DNA of 54,709 nucleotides, counting the filler, from Jimgerdemannia flammicorona (Eukaryota), in the NCBI GenBank assembly GCA_003990765.1. It is 3 parts of 3 records of this genome, joined end to end, with 100 filler letters (N's around TTAATTAATTAA, not from the genome) between each part and the next. Parts side by side here need not be neighbours in the genome. Positions count along the whole stretch, not along the records: positions 36,546 to 54,709 come from RBNJ01002280.1; 2 more parts are not named here. One strand, 5' to 3'. Position 1 is the first letter of the stretch; each line of letters starts with the position of its first letter. The position numbers were made by a program, and so were the translations under genes. A model generated the notes under the pieces. It was not told the origin of the DNA, made no database searches, and saw only the letters and a program-made list of their open reading frames with translations. Positions 49,789 to 54,709 of the stretch are shown one piece after another.

Positions 49789-52700
49789 TGGGAATATGAG
49801 GTATAATAGAAATATAGATAGTCTGGCCTGGACAAAGGAATAGAGTGGTGTGGCTATATAGCAGGGGTATGTAGGAATTCTGATTATAAAGGGCAAGGAG
49901 GATATTGGGGATATTGGATATTGGGGGAGCAGAGTAAGGTAGGGAGTTTGGAAGAGACCAAGCTAGAGACCCTTGACTGTTGGGTCATATTATTGTTCAG
50001 CAGAAAGAGAGGAGAGAGTGGAATGGATTTAAGGGCTACAAGAGTCTGAAGCATTGGTAGAGACAGAGATTGACTATCTAGGTGGGGGCTTTAATATGAT
50101 ATAAGATGAGAAGGTAGATATAACTAATGGAGAAAGGAGATTGGCTGGCAGAAGTGATGGAATGGATACCTGAGAGGAAGTCAAATGGCTGAGTTTCTTA
50201 ATAGATGCTGGGAGACTTGGATGGGGAGATCATAAGGTCTATACTCACTAGATAGCAGGATTGGACTTGAGGATTAACTGGATACTGACTGCTGAATACT
50301 GGAGAGTCAATATCTAGAGATCTTTGGAAACTGTTTGATGTCTGTAGTCTGATCACTGAGGCCTTCTGAGAGGGGGGAGTTTTGGAGGAAGTGGGAAAGG
50401 ACCTGGACATTAGTACCTGAATACTATGTTATTGGGGGAGGCCTCCTTATAGAATATATAGATAATAAACATTAGCTCCAGAATACTGGAATAGTAAGTA
50501 AAGGGGTTGCCAATTGGAGATTACTAGAGGCAGCTAAAATCAGAGGTGCAATAGTATCAGAGAGAGGCCAGAAGAGTGCATGGTGCTTAGAGGAGGAAGC
50601 AAGTAAGGTGGGCCTCCCAGAGATTGGCAAGGTTGTTGGCAATATAGGCAGATCTGCTAAATGATAATGAGGAGAGAGATTGGAGGACCCAGAGGGTTTG
50701 GCTGGAGGTGGAGGAGTTGAAGGAATTGCTGAGGCAGGAGGAGGATCAACAGATATAGGGCATAGTGGCCCAGCTGAGGTGGTAGAGATTGGAGGAGAGA
50801 GAGAGACCTATGAAGTATTTGTCTCACCTTTTGTAGACAAGAAGAGTATAGCAGAGATAGGAGGGATATTGGATGAGACAGGGGAGTTGGTTGTTAGTAC
50901 TCTAGAGATTTTGGATCAGTTGAGTATATAGTAGAGGTATTTGTAGAGTAAGGAGGAAGGGGGGGGGTGGGGATGCTAGATATTGATAGATACTTAGAGG
51001 AATAGTACTCTGATTTGGTAGTGGGCTTAGGTGACCTTGGTGCTGCTGTCTAAGGGAAAGAGATTCAGTGGGTACTGATGATGATAAGCTCAGGGATAGT
51101 ATCAGGAGAGGATGGCTTACTGCAGGATTTTTGGAAGAAGATGGCAGGAGTTGAGATAATTCTGGAGGAAATAACAGTGATGTACAATGAAGTTATTAGC
51201 TCAGAGACATAGATTGGGGGGCAGTGCCTCAGTCTTATGGCTCTACTGTATAAGAATAAGGGGAGGAGGAAGAAGTGGAAAAACTGAAGGCTGATCATAC
51301 TTCTGAATATAGATTGCAAACTAATTATAAAGATACTAGTAGCTAGGCTGCAAGGAGTGGCTCAGCAGGTTCTAGGGGCTGAGCAGAGAGGATTCATAGG
51401 GAGACATCTGATCAGAGATGGGATAGCCTGGATGCATGATATCATCAAGAGAGCTCATACTACTAGAATAGATAGATAGCTGGTTTTTTAGACCAAGAGA
51501 ACACCTATGACAGGGTCTAGTAAGTGTAATTGAAAGGGGTGCTAAAACATATTGGGGTCCCCTCTGGTGTCTGGTGGGCCTTAGTTGGTCTGCTGGAAGA
51601 GAGTCAGGCAGCAATTATAGTAAATAGACAAAGGGGGATTTTATTCCCCCTGGGAAGAAGAGTGCTACAGAAGGATCCATTATCACTAATCTTGTATATA
51701 TTGTTCCTGGAGCCTCTTTTGGATAGAATATGGTTAAAGGTGGTGGAGCTGGATATTCTGAGGGTTAATTGGAAGGTGGGGGCTTTTACCGATAATATGG
51801 TGGTTGAGTTGGGGTCAGCAGAAGATATAGTGGCACTGAAGAGTACAGTGAAGTGATTTGAGGAGTAATCAGATACTAAGCTCAACTGGCATAATTGTGA
51901 GACTTTGGTATTGGAAGGAGGAATAGTTGGTAGAGATATAATCAGAACAATTATCTCTATGGGGGAGGTTGTTTATTATCTGGAGATTTACTTTTTAGTA
52001 TATAGCTCCTTATTATCTCAAAGATGGTGGGAGCAGTGATTAGTAGAGTGAGGAAGTACTCTCTTGGAGTAGAGTGGCTATTATATATCTCTGGCAGAGA
52101 GAGTGACAGTACTGAATATATACTAGTTGTCTAAGCTATAGTATCTGAAGTACCACTTGAACTTTCTAGTATAGGTGGTCAAGAGATTATTGAAGATGAC
52201 CAGGACCTAGATATAGATAAGGTAACAGAGTCAGATTAGCTAAAAGGTGTTGGCATTGCCAGTGAACTGGGGAGGCCTAGGTCTGGTAGACTTTTTCAAG
52301 TGTCTTCATTGCTTGAGGGCTTGATGGCTGAAGTAAGTGAGCAAGTTGAGGGGTAGAGAGTAAGTTCCCCTTATGCAAAGGGTGTGAGAGGCCCAGTTCT
52401 CCCCCCATGGTATGACTGGGGATCTTTTTTCTCTAGTGGCTTTAGAGGAGAGTCACAGGATATGCTATAGGGGATTCTGGTAGAGAGTAGTTGATGGGGC
52501 TCACCATATTGATCTCTGATAGTAGAGTTATGAGGGGGAGGAGAATTGGAGGCCCTAGATATAGAGGTGAGACTACCTTCTATTAGGTGGAGTACCAGTA
52601 GATGACTTCTGCTTGGAGGATGACATAGAGTACCTTTGGATACATGAGAGAGATCTGTGGCCTGAGACATAGCAGGGAGTGGAGATTGGAGAAAAGTGAG

Positions 52701-53272
52701 ACTGAAATGGTACTTAGTTGTAAGACAAGCAGGTAGTAAGATAGATTCCCCCCAAGTTCTGAGTGGCATGGTGGAGACTTCTATGGTATAATATAATATT
52801 AAACTACCAGTTAGGTCACTTGGTGAAAGGAGGTACCCTGGAGTATGAGGAGTATCTAAACATCAGACAGGAGAGAGGAAAGGTACAGACTCCTGAATAT
52901 TGGTTAGAGAAGTGTGAGGTGATAGGTGACTTTTGGAGAGTGATTGAGGTGCAGCTGAAAGTATGCCCACTGGGGTTGGTGGTAAGAGAGAGGTGGGGTG
53001 ACCTCTGGTAGAGACTGGTAGATAGGTTAGGAGATGAGTGGTTGATATTAGGATAGGTACTGGCAATTTGGATCAGGCTTGCAGAATATTGGCTATATAT
53101 TTGAGGAGGGTCAACAGCTGCTATTGGAGATGAGAGTGACTAGATGGGAGTGGCTGATGATAGACCTATTGAATGGATGGTAGAGGGGAGGGAGTGATGG
53201 TAGGGAGTACCAGAGGTAACTAGTAGAGATAATCTATAGGAAGAGTGGAAGAAGAATTGGGGTAGTAAGAGA
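49789..53272 (+). mobile_element. LINE copy B, 3' part (3' end truncated)
   Basis: GGFN, SDH, SGEDGL, LQKDPLSLILY, GAFTDNM; collinear with 15100-18020 and ends before the poly(A) tail. Confidence 0.88.
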
Positions 53273-53307
53273 TAGTGCATCGCAACCTGAGCCAACCCAT
53301 GTACATA

Positions 53308-53552
53308 TTTAACCTGACCTGGAATTATACGTCACCCGTCTTTAACCTGACCTGGAATTATATGTCACCCATCTTTAACCTGACCCAGAATAATATGTCA
53401 CCCATCTTTAACCTGACCCAGAATAATACATCACCTGTCTTTAATCCGACCTGGAATTATATGTCACCCATCTTTAACCCAACCTGGAAACATACGTCAC
53501 CTGTCTTTAACCCGACCCAGAATTATACGTAACCCATCTTTAACCCAATCTG
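53308..53552. repeat. 33-bp minisatellite, about 7.5 copies
   Basis: Unit TTTAACCYGACCYRGAATWATAYGTCACCYRTC, plus flanking ACCCGA motifs to about 53640. Confidence 0.92.
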
Positions 53553-53796
53553 AGAAATATACATGACCCGACCCGAGAAATATATGTGACCTGACCCTGA
53601 CCCATATTTAACCCGACACAGACCTGTCTTTAATCCGCCTTTAAGCTACAAGGCACCAAAAAAAATATATTGCACATCTAAGATATATTTAGAATAAACA
53701 AACAGAAACATAATTAGGAATCAGAAATCAAAATGAAATCGGAAATAAATAGGAAGTAAATCAGGAAAATAAAGAACTTACCGGTGTGAACAGATC

Positions 53797-54641
53797 TTAC
53801 TCTTCATCGCTATAAACCAACTGATCCTCCTCTTTATTACTATAAACCAACTGATCCTCCTCCTTCTTATATTCCGATCCATCTTCCTCCATATATTCCG
53901 AACCGCTTTCCTCTATATCCTCCTCCTCCATATCCTCCTCTGGGCCGACCTCCTTTGTGCCAACCTTCATTTCGTCCTCCGCGCTGACCTCCCCATGTTC
54001 CTCCATGCTGACCTCCCCATGTTCCTCCGTGCCGACCTCCCCATATTCCTCCGTGCCAACCTCCCCTGTGCCGACCTCCCCCATGCCGACCTCCCCTGTG
54101 CCGACCACCCCCACGCTGACCTCTCCACTGACCTCTCCACCAGCGCTGACTCCTCCACTGGTACTGACCTCTCCTACCTCTCCATCTCCTCCACTACCAC
54201 CCCCCTCAACAAAATGCACAAGCCTGCCATCCATCAGTCACATATAAAGCATTTTGTCATTCTTCACCAGTACTCGTTCAAATATGGCCAGCAGTTTTTC
54301 GTGTTCATCCATGATGACAATTCCATCTGGACAACCTCGCTTGTTCCACACTTTGGCATTCACCTTGAAGCTGGTGTGGTATGACGAACATTCCATGATT
54401 TTCGCATGGTTTTCTATCACTCTTATGACTTCTTGCCTCAGTTGGTCATTATGTACTTTCTTAATGTGTTTGTTGGCCGCAGCGAAAACATGCCTAATGT
54501 CTGATTTGTAAGGCCTTTTCTCTGTGAGGTTTGGGGCATCCGGGAAATTGATTTGGCAATACTTCCAGGTGGTGTTTGGGCAAACTTGATGGCAAAAATG
54601 GCAATTGTAGCAAGATTTGAGCTCTGGCCCAGGCTTAGAAG
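53797..54641 (-). pseudogene. Exon of an unknown protein with a Cys cluster and repetitive acidic tail
   Basis: One frame with a single internal TGA (54238), preceded by CTAAT..CCTCCAG acceptor-like sequence; CYNCHFCHQVC..C and GEV(S/G)T repeats. Confidence 0.5.
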
Positions 54642-54709
54642 CTGGAGGATATGTATATTTCGAATGTTATTAGGAAAAAAATTCAGACATTGATTTAAAA
54701 AGAAAAAAA

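Noticed and set aside
53308..53552. CRISPR-like periodic array and ORF 53275-53532
   Set aside because: Head-to-tail units without unique spacers, no cas genes, eukaryotic context.

Overview
Eukaryotic DNA, most likely from an early-diverging (Mucoromycota-like) fungus. It consists of three contigs joined by artificial 100-nt N spacers containing TTAATTAATTAA (18174-18273, 36446-36545). Contig 1 (1-18173) is a nest of retroelements: a Penelope-like RT relic, then an L1/Tx1-type LINE split by a complete 10.46-kb Ty3/Gypsy chromovirus (2082-bp LTRs, GTGTC target-site duplication). That element encodes Gag-dUTPase-PR-RT-RH-IN-chromodomain and carries a reconstructable 365-aa ORF inside each LTR. 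Contig 2 has an AT-rich relic, a Tc1/mariner element and a compact minus-strand gene island: U2 snRNA, tRNA-Val(AAC), TatD DNase, an MLKL-like four-helix-bundle kinase, a conserved hypothetical gene, APC2 and MMAA/MeaB. Contig 3 has a second, older dUTPase-bearing Gypsy, a Copia relic, a second LINE copy split by a full DIRS element, and a tandem-repeat-flanked element end. Top leads: (1) an apparently shared, uncharacterised accessory ORF family at the 3' end of both dUTPase Gypsy elements, giving an MMTV-like layout in element 1; (2) an MLKL-like protein with an intact kinase, 92 bp upstream of TatD. All comparisons were made by eye; no searches were run.
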